This document shows, in pieces, positions 21,856 to 33,173 of a DNA stretch of 64,000 bases (positions are counted from its first letter, which is position 1; the number at the start of each line of letters is the position of its first letter). A program made the translations under genes and the position numbers. The notes under the pieces were generated by a model. The model was not told the origin of the DNA. It ran no database searches and was given only the letters and a program-made list of their open reading frames with translations. The DNA is from Flectonema sp. DT1601 (taxonomy: Eukaryota). Location of the stretch: the NCBI GenBank assembly GCA_964019425.1, contig OZ025782.1, positions 310,001-374,000 on the forward strand, in the 5' to 3' direction.

Positions 21856-23232
21856 GGGGCAGCGACTCGAAAAAAACACGATAAAAATAAAAGGATAAAG
21901 AAGTCCATCACTTTTACATGCTGTGCATTCCTAACACAGCATTTAGTAAACTGCGAGTTACGAGGCAAACAATTTTATTAGGATTTGTTATAACATAGCA
22001 TGGGGCATCTTGAATACAGCATGCAGTCATCCAACTAGATAGTTCATTGGTAGTTAAAATTAATATCAAATACTGGACTGGGAAATACCAGTAGTTATTA
22101 ATCAAAGAAAAAAAAAAAAAAAAAAAAAAGAAAAAGACTTATTGACCAGAAAACGTTGTCGAATTTAGCAATTCATTAGGCGGGGAGGGAAGGAAAATAA
22201 ATAAAAAAAAAAAGAAATATGAGCTGATTTCCAAGGGTCAATGCTCTACTTTATCTACAATCATTGCTTGCGTGTTGGCTTTGGTAATAAATAGCCAGTT
22301 TTTTTTTTTTCTTTTTTTGCATCCACACTTTTTTGTATGGTAGGAAATATGATTGACCCGATAGATCACAGTTCACAATTCTGTTCTCCGTTTTCCCCTT
22401 TCGTGTTTTTTCTCCCTTTTCCTTTTCTCTAGTTGCGTCGCTGAAATTAAACCAAACTAATTACTTACTTTTTGGTTAAATCGGTCTCAGCGACTGCGAA
22501 AAAGCAGAAACGTTTTGTGTGTGTTCGTAAAGGGTTTTTCTGATTTCCGACTAGCAGCGCCAAGCCCTATGCGAGTGAACCCTTATTATACTTCACCCCC
22601 TCAGGAATTACCGAACAAGATCAAAAGGCTCAATTATTTTTTGCAAAAAATAAATGAGCCTCTTGGTTTTTTTATCATCAATAATATAAAAAAAATAAAA
22701 ATTCAAAAAAAAAAAAATAAATAAATAAATAATAAATTTATATAATGGAAAATGCAACCACCAAGCAAGCAGAGCTCGATGAAGAGTATCATCCAAGAAA
22801 TTAAATCACACCCAACGACAGTCACGTTACCGTATTCCAGGTAGAAAAAGAGAGGGAAAAAGAAAATGATAAGTCGTTCTCGAATGGCACTACTCACTTT
22901 ACCAATTTATTGAAAGAATGCAAAAAAAAAAGAACATGATTACGAACTTATCATTTAAAAAGAAGAAAAAAAAAAGAAAAAAAAAACTCTTCAAACCAAT
23001 TCAAATGTAAAAAAAAAAAAGGAAAAAAAAAAATAACGACTAATAGGATTACAATAGAACCGTACTATTCGTGCTATTAATAAGTAGTTCAGAATGTTAA
23101 CGTCGATGTTTTGATCGACAGTATTCAGTTTTCCAAGGTTGAGATAAGAGACAAGGTTTAAAAAAAAAACTGCTGAGCTTGATACGATCAAAGTTTTCAC
23201 AAGTCTTAAATGGAAGCCTTCATCATTCTGTT

Positions 23233-23267
<35 letters not shown>

Positions 23268-24197
23268 ATAAGTCGAGAAAACCCTCAGTCGGAAATTATA
23301 GTAATCTGCACGGCATCACATTGAAGTGACATCATATTTATCGAAACAAAAGAACTGATTTGATGAGATAGATAGATAAGGAAATCTAATACACCACTTT
23401 CTGAACATCGCTACAGAGAACATCAGGTTCACTCCTTAGAGGTAACGAGGCAACAGCAACGCCAATTAGACCCAATCTTATTAAGGGTTACGTTTGAGAA
23501 GAATCAACGGAAAAAAAAATTAAAACTAAAAAAAAAACAGCGAATCAAAAAAAAAACTAATTTCAGCGAATAATACCCAACAAAGGAATGCATCGCTTCT
23601 GTTAGTACAAAATGATAAAAGTAGGGCAATACAGCTCTTGAAGACTCTAATCTGAGTAGTAGTCCACTACATTACATATTTGCTCATCACTGACAGTGAA
23701 CTATGAAACAGCTACGAAGCTGGTACAGCTAAGGCTGACGGAGTCATACCATTGTCAGTATTCCACCTTGTTCAATTGCAGACAGAAGTTGCAAAAGAAA
23801 CTAAGATGGAGAGAAAGGAAAGAAGAGGGAAAAGAAAGAGAAAAAAAAAGAGGAGAAGAGAAACTCGTTATAGCAAAACGACGTGTGTATGTGCCCGCGT
23901 TACAGGAAAACGAACATAGCAGTGACAACTGTCACTCGTTTTTTTTTTTTTTTTTTTTAATTGCCTCAAACTTTTTAATTAAATAATTAGCATAGAGTTT
24001 ATTATGAAAACTATAAATAAAAAAAAAGGGGGTCAAACCCCTGATTTCCACGCTGAAATGTTGATCTCAACACAAAAGTTACTGAATTGTGGCTGACCCT
24101 TTGACTTGCATCCGTCAAATAAAGTCAACTTGTATCCTGGAAATCATGGTAACAGAAGATCTATCCTGACCTCTGTAATCTTGCCAGCTAAGATAGT

Positions 24198-24390
24198 ATC
24201 ATTAATGTTTAGTATGGAAAAGTGAGAAATAAGAAAAGTAGAGATTAGTAAAAATAAAAGTATTCATTTTTGAAGTTTCCTAACATCAAAAGGGTAATAG
24301 AATATGTAGTTTCAGGAGCCTTAATCTCATACTACTTGTCCCTTTTTAGTCCTTCATCAGTAAGTTCTAAGGGACTTCATTCTATATTGA
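24198..24390 (-). mobile_element. Family D short element, copy D1 (193 bp)
   Basis: Closely similar to 54935-55124 and 57253-57448. Flanked by 13-bp direct repeat cagctaagatagt (24185-24197, 24391-24403). Confidence 0.85.
24306..24375 (-). ncRNA. Putative permuted hammerhead ribozyme (D1)
   Basis: RNA: GUCCCUU AGAA CUUA CUGAUGA AGGACU AAA AAGGGAC AA GUAGU A UGAG AUUA AGGCUCCU GAA ACUAC. Predicted cut between 24330 and 24329. Confidence 0.7.
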
Positions 24391-25166
24391 CAGCTAAGAT
24401 AGTGATGTAGTTAAGGATAAAGAAGTCAACTACATTACATATTGCTCATCGCTGATACAGCAAACCACAGAGAGCATCGGGTTATCTCCAACAGAGCTAC
24501 GAGGACAATCTTGTTTAGGATTATGTATAAGAAGAATCAACAAAAAAAACTAATTTCAGCGATGCATCGCTTCTGTTAGTACAAATTATTGATAAAAACA
24601 TAAAAAAACGCACTCGGCTAAAACATTAAACAAAATAGAAAAGTCCAGGGCACACAGCTCTTCAAGACTCTGACTCGTTATAGCAAAAACGACGTGTGTA
24701 TGTGCCCGCGTTACAGGAAAACGAAAATAGCAGTGACAACTGTCACTCGTTTTTTTTTTTTTTTTTTTTTTATTATTGTTTTTTTAAAAAATAATTCAGC
24801 ATAGAGTTTATTATGAAAACTGAAAAAAAAAAAAAAAAAAACCCAGTACTGCTCAAGTGGAAGCTGGTACACAGTGCCAGGTCTTAGCAGCACGAGGGCA
24901 CTAAGTACAAATTTCCTGGTGACATCATTTTGGGCGATGTATGGGTGCCCAAAATACACTAACAGCAAGCTTTTAAAAAAAAAAAAAAATAATAATAAAA
25001 AAACCGCATTTAAGAAAATAAAATAACAAAAACATGAAAAAGAAATTGTTCTGCTGTTCAAAATGACACCTACTTGTCTCCCTTTTTCGTTTTGTTAGTA
25101 AGAGTGGTTCTTATCGAGGAAACTGAATATTGAGAATCCAATCGAACGAGAGATCAAAATAGGAGA

Positions 25167-25757
25167 TCATTGTACTAGCTGAATATCATCTGTTCTTGTT
25201 GACAAGACAGGTTCTGAACTTAAGCTTAACCCGCTGTTGAATCGAGACATGAATGTTAAAATTGTTAACTCATTGATTTGAATTTGAGGTCCCGAGATGG
25301 TTGTTTTTTTAGGCAGACCCAAAACAGTTGTTTTTACACTCGAGCTAATATAACTGAGAGTTACCTGAACGCCTTCCTTACACTTGCAAAGTGTGAACGT
25401 AAAAGTCTCAGAGTTCCTTTCATTTTCATATACGGCAATCTTAACCATGAACTCTTGAAACATTTCCACAACAAGAGTCGTATTCGTAGTTTTCTGAACA
25501 GGATCTTGTCCCTCAGTATTCTTATCGGTAATATATGAACATGAAAAAGTACTTCCCCTTTTACAAACTGTTTCTATAGACGTTTCCAAAGCACATGTCT
25601 CACCATGTCCTTTACATGCTAGTACGTACAGGGAATACCATTTTCTGACATCAGAAATGTAACCTCTAACCTCATCCATGCTTTTGTTATCGAAGAATGT
25701 CGATTCGATTAGCTCGCTCTCTTGGTGGTTGCTGGGTTTTGGTTGAGCACATCCCAT
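25167..25757 (-). CDS. Hypothetical protein with MGC N-terminus (possible dual acylation)
   Basis: Start moved to MGCAQPK (ATG at 25757); 196 codons of normal composition. Confidence 0.65.
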   Translation of the reverse strand: MGCAQPKPSNHQESELIESTFFDNKSMDEVRGYISDVRKWYSLYVLACKGHGETCALETSIETVCKRGSTFSCSYITDKNTEGQDPVQKTTNTTLVVEMFQEFMVKIAVYENERNSETFTFTLCKCKEGVQVTLSYISSSVKTTVLGLPKKTTISGPQIQINELTILTFMSRFNSGLSLSSEPVLSTRTDDIQLVQ

Positions 25758-25969
25758 TGTAAGAGTTGAGTAAAAAACTAGAAAGAAGAAAAAACAATTT
25801 TTTTTTTTTATCGTAAATATCAACTGTTCTTTATTAACCGTTATCAATGTACTCTTTTTTTATCTTTTTCCTGTTGTGTTTAAATGATGTGACGACTTGA
25901 ATGATAATACTAATAAATAAAAAAAAAACTGTCGGAATATCAACCGCCTTTCAAAGAATAGAAAATAAC

Positions 25970-26008
<39 letters not shown>

Positions 26009-26199
26009 CCTCCTCCTCCTATCTCCTCCATCGTTATTTCCCACATGGGTGTTAAATCACTCTTTTGATTTTGTTTTTTTACAATAATACTTAGAACCTG
26101 ATGCATATCGACATCACTTAGTTGTATAAAAACAACACCACGAGAGTGGCTAAGTAGGTAACTAGATCAAAAAACGAACGTGAAATTGGTTCACAGACC

Positions 26200-27030
26200 A
26201 ACTTTTTTTACTTTCTTATTCTGATAAAAAAGAAATCAACAACCACAACTATTGAGTATCTAAAAGAGTAGGCTCCAATGCATACGTGTGATGAACAGGT
26301 GGTGTTGATGCTAACAGTCTCAGACTCTAAGAAGGAGCAATCTAAACACGACTGTTGCGAGTTATTAATTTTGTCCGCTTTGGTGTCACCGTCCCTCCGA
26401 TGAGAACTGGTCGTGAGTTCTGATAATCACAACCTCACTTTAGCTACTTTTTACTTTCTTATTCTGATAAAAAAAACAAATCAACAACCACAACAAACTA
26501 TTGAGTATCCAACAGGTATGTAGATTCTAATATGTGAGATTGATTCATAAAGGTTGCTGGTCTCACTGGAGGACCACTTATAGATTTCCCAAAACCAGAA
26601 ACACCCTGAAGAGTAGGCTCCAATGCATACGTGTGATGAACAAGTGGTGTTGATGCTAACAGTCTCAGACTCTAAGAAGAAGCAATCTAAACACGACTGT
26701 TGCGAGTTATTAATTTTGTCCGCTTTGGTGTCACCGTCCCTCCGATGAGAACTGGTCGTGAGTTCTGATAATCACAACCTCACTTTAGCTACTTTTTACT
26801 TTCTTATTCTGATAAAAAAAACAAATCAACAACCACAACAAACTATTGAGTATCCAACAGGTATGTAGATTCTAATATGTGAGATTGATTCATAAAGGTT
26901 GCTGGTCTCACTGGAGGACCACTTATAGATTTCCCAAAACCAGAAACACCCTGAAGAGTAGGCTCCAATGCATACGTGTGATGAACAGGTGGTGTTGAAG
27001 CTAACAGTCTCGGACTCTGAAGGAGCATTC
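26200..27030. repeat. Tandem repeat, 345-bp period, about 2.5 units (first unit internally deleted)
   Basis: ctattgagtatcc... at 26498 and 26843; a third copy near 26249 lacks about 100 bp. Confidence 0.9.
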
Positions 27031-27256
27031 CAAATACGACTTCACTTACTACTTTATGTTTTCTAGCAGCAGCAAGCATCAATGGATTCGCTGCAATATG
27101 AAAATTCCAAAACATATTTTGATGATAGAAACCTTTAAAGCACATATACATTGTCAACGTTGTACTTAATGCTGTGCTGTTATTCCTAACTGACCTCTTC
27201 AACATTAATGCCCTTGGTATGGATGAGTGCTTAACTAACGCTGTTGTTATTGTCAT
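26843..27256 (-). CDS. Hypothetical 137-aa protein whose 3' half lies in the 345-bp repeat
   Basis: Co-oriented ORF with AACAATAACA before ATG; no recognisable domain. Confidence 0.4.
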   Translation of the reverse strand: MTITTALVKHSSIPRALMLKRSVRNNSTALSTTLTMYMCFKGFYHQNMFWNFHIAANPLMLAAARKHKVVSEVVFGMLLQSPRLLASTPPVHHTYALEPTLQGVSGFGKSISGPPVRPATFMNQSHILESTYLLDTQ

Positions 27257-27951
27257 TGTTATTTATAATTTATTAACTGTGAGATGATATTAGGTAAAGG
27301 AAAGGTTACAAAAACAACTTTCTTTTTCAAATAATTTATCTTGGCACGTGCGGATCACCGAAGCGGACACTGTTGTGGCTGTCGGACCGGGTCGCCCAGA
27401 TCCAGGCACCTCCGTTCCTCCAGCTATGATTAAGAAGTGGGGAGCCTGCAGCGGTTTCTGAGGCGGTCAGCGCCGGGGTCACCGAAGCGGACACTGATGA
27501 AGACATTTCTGTTCCTCCTCGGCTTTTTTTTTTTTTAAATCCCTGATAATAAAAAAATAAAAACATAACAGAAAAAAAGAACCAAAATAGAGAACTGAAA
27601 AAATAAATAAATTCTTAAAATCTAATGGGAAGTATAGAAATGTATATTTTTTTTTTTTTTTTTTTAAATAACTCTCAAGAAGGATAATGTATATCACACT
27701 ATACCAAAATAATAACGATAATCTATAAGTCTACATTGAGAAGGGTGTGTGTGTGTTTTATTTGTTTAAGTACCTTTATTGTTGTTATTATTTTCTTCTT
27801 TTTTTTTTTTTTTTTTTCTCAACTTAACAAAAAATTGGACTCACATGAAAGGGACCCTTTTTGGACCTTCTCCAGCCAATTTGGAAAACCCTCTGAGTGA
27901 TGCCTGACTGCAATCACATGTTATTTTTTTTTTTTTTTTTTTTTTTTTCCT

Positions 27952-30900
27952 TCAACTAATATCGATATATTGATTATCCACACAAAGCGACTCTTTAACT
28001 TTAGTTAAATACTCAGCTAAAACTGAATAGTTGTTTTCTTCCATCAGAGTAAAGATGTATTCGAGACAAGCTTTTGTTTGATACGTCTGTGAGATCATCG
28101 CCAACAGCTGATCCTTTTTAGAGAGAGATGATGAGTGGCTGATATTTTGAGCTGCCGACTCCGACGTAATTCCGTAATACAAGGATACCTCTGGAGGAAT
28201 ATCCGCTGGGTCTAACATACCACAGGAGCGAACTATTTCTTTGTATCGAAGAAGCTCTCCAGAAGAACCTTCCTCAACCAGAACGAGGAGAGTTTTTAAT
28301 GCTAAATGGAGAGTTACGAAATCAGACCCGTATTGAGATTCCCACGCAGCTACCAAATCAGTGAGACCCGATCTGGTCTTCGATTCTGCTTGATTGTCTT
28401 GTCTAGTTGGGGGTGAAGAACCTGGAGCAAATCTGACATTCTTCGCTTCAAAACTTTTTGATTCCTCTAGCTCTGGGTGTTTTTTGTGTTGTAGATCTTG
28501 TAGAATATCAAACGCAGATTTTGATTTCTGTTTTACCGGTTTCGATGACACTTTCCTTCTTGTCGCATAACTATCATCCGCAATAGCGCTCAAACCATTA
28601 ATATCATCGTGTTTTAGAAGTGATGTGTTGTTATCGGTAGTCTGTCCTGACTGAACTAGCGGTGTTGAAATCGCTTTTCCTTTCGTTTTACACATTTTTG
28701 ATAAAACTTTTTCAAGACGAAACGCCGTGGCATCCATCGACTCATCAGCGGGTTGTTTCATAGTCGACACTGCAGGGTTACGCTGATGTCTACTTTGACT
28801 ACCCCGAAGGGTAATTGAAGCATCAAAAGACGCATCTTGAAGTTGGGAAGCATGAGTATCATTGTCACTGACTTTAAAATACTTTTCTTTCTGAACAACA
28901 GGCTGCGATGGTCCTTTTCCAAGACCTTTACTCCGACTGCGTAATTGATGAGGAAGGATCTTTTTCACTGGATTACTCTCTTCGATTACTATTGGTTGTG
29001 TCTTTTCTATTTCATCATAGCGAAATCTGGAATGCTTGTCTGAAGGAGGCATCGTCTGTTGAACAACGTCTCTGCGAGGTGAGTTATGATATAAATCATT
29101 AACCTGCTCTTTTTCTAAAATTACTTCACTACCCATTGGTAGTATCCTACCTTGTAAGTACTGACTGGTGTCAATATCATGGTCATCACTGCCAAGGGAC
29201 CTACTTGGAGACGCAGTTTTTTGTTTTATAAAACTTGATACGGTTTGCTGAACAGCTCGTGGGGGACTTCCGTTGTTTTTACCTCCATATTTCGAACTTT
29301 TTTGCATCCTCGCATGCATCATTTTAGCTTTTCTAGGTGCCGAGTATGACGGAGCCAGTTGAATCGGTGTTTTCAAAATTGCATCAAGTTCGGATCCCTG
29401 TTGACTATATTTTTCTGACGCTGCATCATATGCAGATGCCGCGATCATTGAAATATCAATACTCGAAGAAAACAATGATGTTGTCGACTGAAGTGTTATA
29501 GAACTTCCACTAACACCTGATTGGTAAATTGATTCTCGACCTTTGCCAGTTAGTTTTTTATCATCTAATATTTTTAGTTGAGGACATAAATTAGAAACTA
29601 ACGGAACAACGTCTAAAAGTTGTCTTGACGATAGCAGTCGTTCTTCTTCATCAACTGATGTGCAGTTTGGTGGGATTTCCGATGCAGCAATACCAGCCAT
29701 TCTACACACATCTGACATGACATTATCAGAACAGACTTCTTTGAATAATTTCGCAGAGTCATCTCCCTCTCTAAATGTGATATGTAAATCGAATGTCTCA
29801 GTTGGGACTATTAAATATCTAATTCTCTTTGTTAACATGTCTTTCATAGTTTTAGAACTGAAGTCGAACTCCCAAAAAGGTCCTCCAGATACAATTCGTT
29901 CTTGAACGATGCCTTTTTTATTAGAAAGCTGATACGCGTTAGACAATGCAAGGCTGAGTTGACCAGAGAATGGTGTACAAGTCCTGTCAGATAGTCGTTC
30001 TTTATATCCCCATGACGGTGATGTTTTTATTTCGTAAGACGCAACTGCTCTTTGCAAAGACGACGATAATACTCCCTCAATAATTTCTTGCATATCCCTC
30101 TTCAGGGGTGCTGATAATCGATCGTCCCATTTTCCAGAATATTTATAAAATTTTGGAATTTCTTTTATAACTAGTTGTTTAGTTTTTGGTTTACACACTG
30201 TGATTCCAGACAACTCTAGATCATTCTCTCTTGAGGCAACTGATGCCGTGATTGCTTCTCTTAAAGTGAATGAGAGACTCGAATAAGTAACGCAAAACGA
30301 TAAACAATGTTCAGGACTAGATCGATTCTCAACTTTCAACACGAATCCATACGACGATGACAATTTATTAATAAAATTCTTATCACAACCCAGAGGTAGG
30401 TTACTCAAAACAACTCTTCTCCTTCCAGATGGATCAGCAATCGGACTACCCTGTAACATCAGTGTCTTTAATTGTTTATTCAACGACAGCGCTCTTATAC
30501 TACTCGAAGTTGAGAGATTGGTGTGACTACAATCTAGCGTTTCTAAGTGTTGCAAATGTTCAATATTCTCAATTTTCTTGATAGGATTATATCCCAAGAA
30601 GAGATGTCTCAACTGAAGACAAGAATCGAGTCCAGAAATTTGACGAATGTGGTTTCTTCGGAAATTAGCAACTTCTAAATTTACCAAATGAGAAATACCC
30701 GACAATTCAACTAACGAGTTACGAGACACATCCAACCTGACGAGAGTGAAAGGTAAGTTGCTTAATTGAGATAGCAGATTACGAGAAGCGTTCAATATCG
30801 CAATATTAGCTACTGATCGCTGTGAAACTGCTGTTCGTTGTTCGTTTGACATATCGCAGATGGGTACTGTTGGTGGTATGTTCTTTGTAATATCTAATTC

Positions 30901-31665
30901 ATCATGCTTATCAGTGTCATCTGTTGTCGATAAAGAAGGAGTACTGATCTCGTGATCATCTTGTAGTATAGTTCTCTTATCAGTTGGTTGTTGACATGGT
31001 TCCGGTAGTCCAACACTGATTGCGTCACTTGTTGATAGTTCTTGGGGATCTGATTGTGAATGGCTGCCTTCATCAGGAATTGATTGCTTTATTTCTTTTT
31101 TGTCTTCTCCAGATTGAACTGAAGGATCCTTTTCAATATGTTGTTCTCGTTGGATGGATTCTTCTTCTGCTTCTTCTTCCTCTTCTTCTTCTTGATTACG
31201 GGGATGTACATCTTCTTCATTAGTTTGATGCGGAGTCGAAGCCTGAAGATTTTCTAGCTCTTCTTGTAGAGAATTATTCTCACCATTAAACTGTTCCGCT
31301 ATAGACGAATTCCCATTCGAAGGTGCGGTTTGATGAGAAGTATTATCGTCAATCTTTTCCTGAATGACTGGAACAGGAGACACACAAGGAGAGTTCATCG
31401 CACCTTGTGGTTCTTGTTGAGGTGTTGATGGAGATTTCTGTGGAGTATCATAATGAAATGGTCGAAATTTTTGTTTTTCACTACTCTCTTCAAACTCTTC
31501 CGCATCAAGTGAAGTATTTCCGGTGCTCGTATCATCATCATCATCATCATCATCTCCTCTTCTTCCCCTTCTTATACGTGCTAGAGCAACTCTACCTGTG
31601 TCGTCATCACTGGAACTGTCAGAATCGTCACTACCAGTCATCTTCTCAAATTGATCAATAGGCAT
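27952..31665 (-). CDS. Leucine-rich-repeat protein with acidic N-terminus and possible WWE-like domain
   Basis: SDS22-type LRRs (LVRLDVSRNSL, LRHLFLGYNPIKKIENI, LKTLMLQGSPI). Confidence 0.85.
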   Translation of the reverse strand: MPIDQFEKMTGSDDSDSSSDDDTGRVALARIRRGRRGDDDDDDDDTSTGNTSLDAEEFEESSEKQKFRPFHYDTPQKSPSTPQQEPQGAMNSPCVSPVPVIQEKIDDNTSHQTAPSNGNSSIAEQFNGENNSLQEELENLQASTPHQTNEEDVHPRNQEEEEEEEAEEESIQREQHIEKDPSVQSGEDKKEIKQSIPDEGSHSQSDPQELSTSDAISVGLPEPCQQPTDKRTILQDDHEISTPSLSTTDDTDKHDELDITKNIPPTVPICDMSNEQRTAVSQRSVANIAILNASRNLLSQLSNLPFTLVRLDVSRNSLVELSGISHLVNLEVANFRRNHIRQISGLDSCLQLRHLFLGYNPIKKIENIEHLQHLETLDCSHTNLSTSSSIRALSLNKQLKTLMLQGSPIADPSGRRRVVLSNLPLGCDKNFINKLSSSYGFVLKVENRSSPEHCLSFCVTYSSLSFTLREAITASVASRENDLELSGITVCKPKTKQLVIKEIPKFYKYSGKWDDRLSAPLKRDMQEIIEGVLSSSLQRAVASYEIKTSPSWGYKERLSDRTCTPFSGQLSLALSNAYQLSNKKGIVQERIVSGGPFWEFDFSSKTMKDMLTKRIRYLIVPTETFDLHITFREGDDSAKLFKEVCSDNVMSDVCRMAGIAASEIPPNCTSVDEEERLLSSRQLLDVVPLVSNLCPQLKILDDKKLTGKGRESIYQSGVSGSSITLQSTTSLFSSSIDISMIAASAYDAASEKYSQQGSELDAILKTPIQLAPSYSAPRKAKMMHARMQKSSKYGGKNNGSPPRAVQQTVSSFIKQKTASPSRSLGSDDHDIDTSQYLQGRILPMGSEVILEKEQVNDLYHNSPRRDVVQQTMPPSDKHSRFRYDEIEKTQPIVIEESNPVKKILPHQLRSRSKGLGKGPSQPVVQKEKYFKVSDNDTHASQLQDASFDASITLRGSQSRHQRNPAVSTMKQPADESMDATAFRLEKVLSKMCKTKGKAISTPLVQSGQTTDNNTSLLKHDDINGLSAIADDSYATRRKVSSKPVKQKSKSAFDILQDLQHKKHPELEESKSFEAKNVRFAPGSSPPTRQDNQAESKTRSGLTDLVAAWESQYGSDFVTLHLALKTLLVLVEEGSSGELLRYKEIVRSCGMLDPADIPPEVSLYYGITSESAAQNISHSSSLSKKDQLLAMISQTYQTKACLEYIFTLMEENNYSVLAEYLTKVKESLCVDNQYIDIS

Positions 31666-31841
31666 TGTGCATGTTAGGGAAAGGATTCTACTAAGAGGGA
31701 TAATGGTTATTAAATTATATGAAATAGGAATTTGAAAAAAAAAAGAAAAAAAAAAAATCGAATTGAGAACTGTCTCATATCAAACACATTGGTACATAAT
31801 AGTCGGTAGGGAGAGACTCGAAGAGAACCTTTAAAGACGGA

Positions 31842-32609
31842 TTAAGGATGAGAACGATTCCAACTCACGCAGTCAGAATACTTAACCAGATCTCCACCAA
31901 AAATATCTAAAGCTGATCCATAGGTTAAATGGACCTTTCCTTGTGAGAGTTCGTTGACTATTTTTAAGTCGTCTATTGACTTTGCACCTCCGGCATATGT
32001 TATTGGGATTTTACCCCATGAAGCTAAGTACGATACGAGTTGCTCGTCTATTCCCTGACATTTACCTTCAACGTCTGCAGCGTGTACTAGGAATTCACTG
32101 CAGTATTGACTCAGCATGTCAAGAGTCTCTGGTGATATTGTCAGGTCTGTTAAAGTTTGCCAACGGTCCTTAGCAACAGTCCAGCCATCTCCAACTCGTT
32201 TGCATGATAGGTCTAAAATAAGGTTGTCTTTACCAACAGCATCAACGAGTTCTTGAATCTTTTTAATGCTGACAACTGGTCCGTCAAACATGTAAGATGT
32301 TACAATGACATGAGAGGCGCCATAGTCGATCCATTTTTTTGCATTTTCAGCGTTGATTCCGCCTCCCACTTGCAACCCTCTCGGAAACGCCTGTAGTGAT
32401 TTCTTAGCTGCTTCTTCATTTCCTCCTCCCAACATAATTACGTGACCACCTTGGAGCTTATCTTCTGCGTACATGTTGGCATAGTACTCAGCAGGTTTTT
32501 CACTAACGAAGTTCTCCTTCAGTCCTGCTCCCGTATCGGAAAGACTGCCGCCTACGATCTGTTTGACAGAGCCGCTGTGGAGATCGATGCAAGGACGAAA
32601 TTGAGACAT
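31842..32609 (-). CDS. hisA: ProFAR isomerase, HisA/HIS6 type (histidine biosynthesis)
   Basis: FRPCIDLHSGSVKQIVGG, GGHVIMLG, LQVGGGI, EFLVHAADVEG, TYAGG, LTYGSALDIFGG. Start MSQFRP at 32609. Confidence 0.95.
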   Translation of the reverse strand: MSQFRPCIDLHSGSVKQIVGGSLSDTGAGLKENFVSEKPAEYYANMYAEDKLQGGHVIMLGGGNEEAAKKSLQAFPRGLQVGGGINAENAKKWIDYGASHVIVTSYMFDGPVVSIKKIQELVDAVGKDNLILDLSCKRVGDGWTVAKDRWQTLTDLTISPETLDMLSQYCSEFLVHAADVEGKCQGIDEQLVSYLASWGKIPITYAGGAKSIDDLKIVNELSQGKVHLTYGSALDIFGGDLVKYSDCVSWNRSHP

Positions 32610-33173
32610 CGTTTTTTTTTTTTTTTTTTTTTTTTTTAGATTTTCAATTATCAGTAATCTCTCTGTTAATGAGAGAAATGTTTTTTTTATTAGTAACGAG
32701 GTTGCTTTAAGATAAAGAAATTCACCAAATAGAATCCAACAATACTTACAAGAATACATTAGGTTGTTGTTGTTGTTGTTTTTTTTTTTTTTTTTTTTTT
32801 TTTTCTTTCTTTTTTTTTTTTTTTTTCCATTCTTGGGGAGAGGAGTACACTGGCGAACAACTTCTCCTTTTTGTTTTTTTTTTGAGAAGACGAGCTGAAT
32901 GTTTTCGAATAGAAGAATCTTCAGAAAAACTACACGTTCGTAGACTCTCTCAGTCCGCTTCTTTTTTTCTTCTTAAAAAAAAGCAAATTTTGCAGTCACC
33001 TTCTCATGATCGATGCCACGCCATATTCATCCAGATACAGATACAAAAAAATAAGAAAAATATACTCATAGAATAAAGAAAAATACTACCACGATTACCT
33101 ACTTTAGGGGGATTGTGAAATTTTTTTTTGGGGAAAAAAAAAACAGATGAAACAATACAATAATTGCGTTGTG

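Larger units (their letters stand above)
23400..24821. repeat. Locally duplicated, shuffled repeat blocks (families H/F) around element D1
   Basis: 23863-24012 matches 24672-24821; 23497-23648 matches 24529-24671. The ctacattacat...gctcatc.ctga block also occurs at about 35640 and 53930. Confidence 0.8.

Noticed and set aside
24314..24360. Family D as a box C/D snoRNA (UGAUGA...CUGA)
   Set aside because: The words overlap the hammerhead core, TSDs indicate mobility, and family E has CUGAAGA. Not formally excluded without a guide-target search.
26396..26430. Hammerhead-like CCGAUGA-GAAC/GUUC hairpin in the 345-bp repeat (retrozyme idea)
   Set aside because: Core mutated, no GAAA, no stems I or III.
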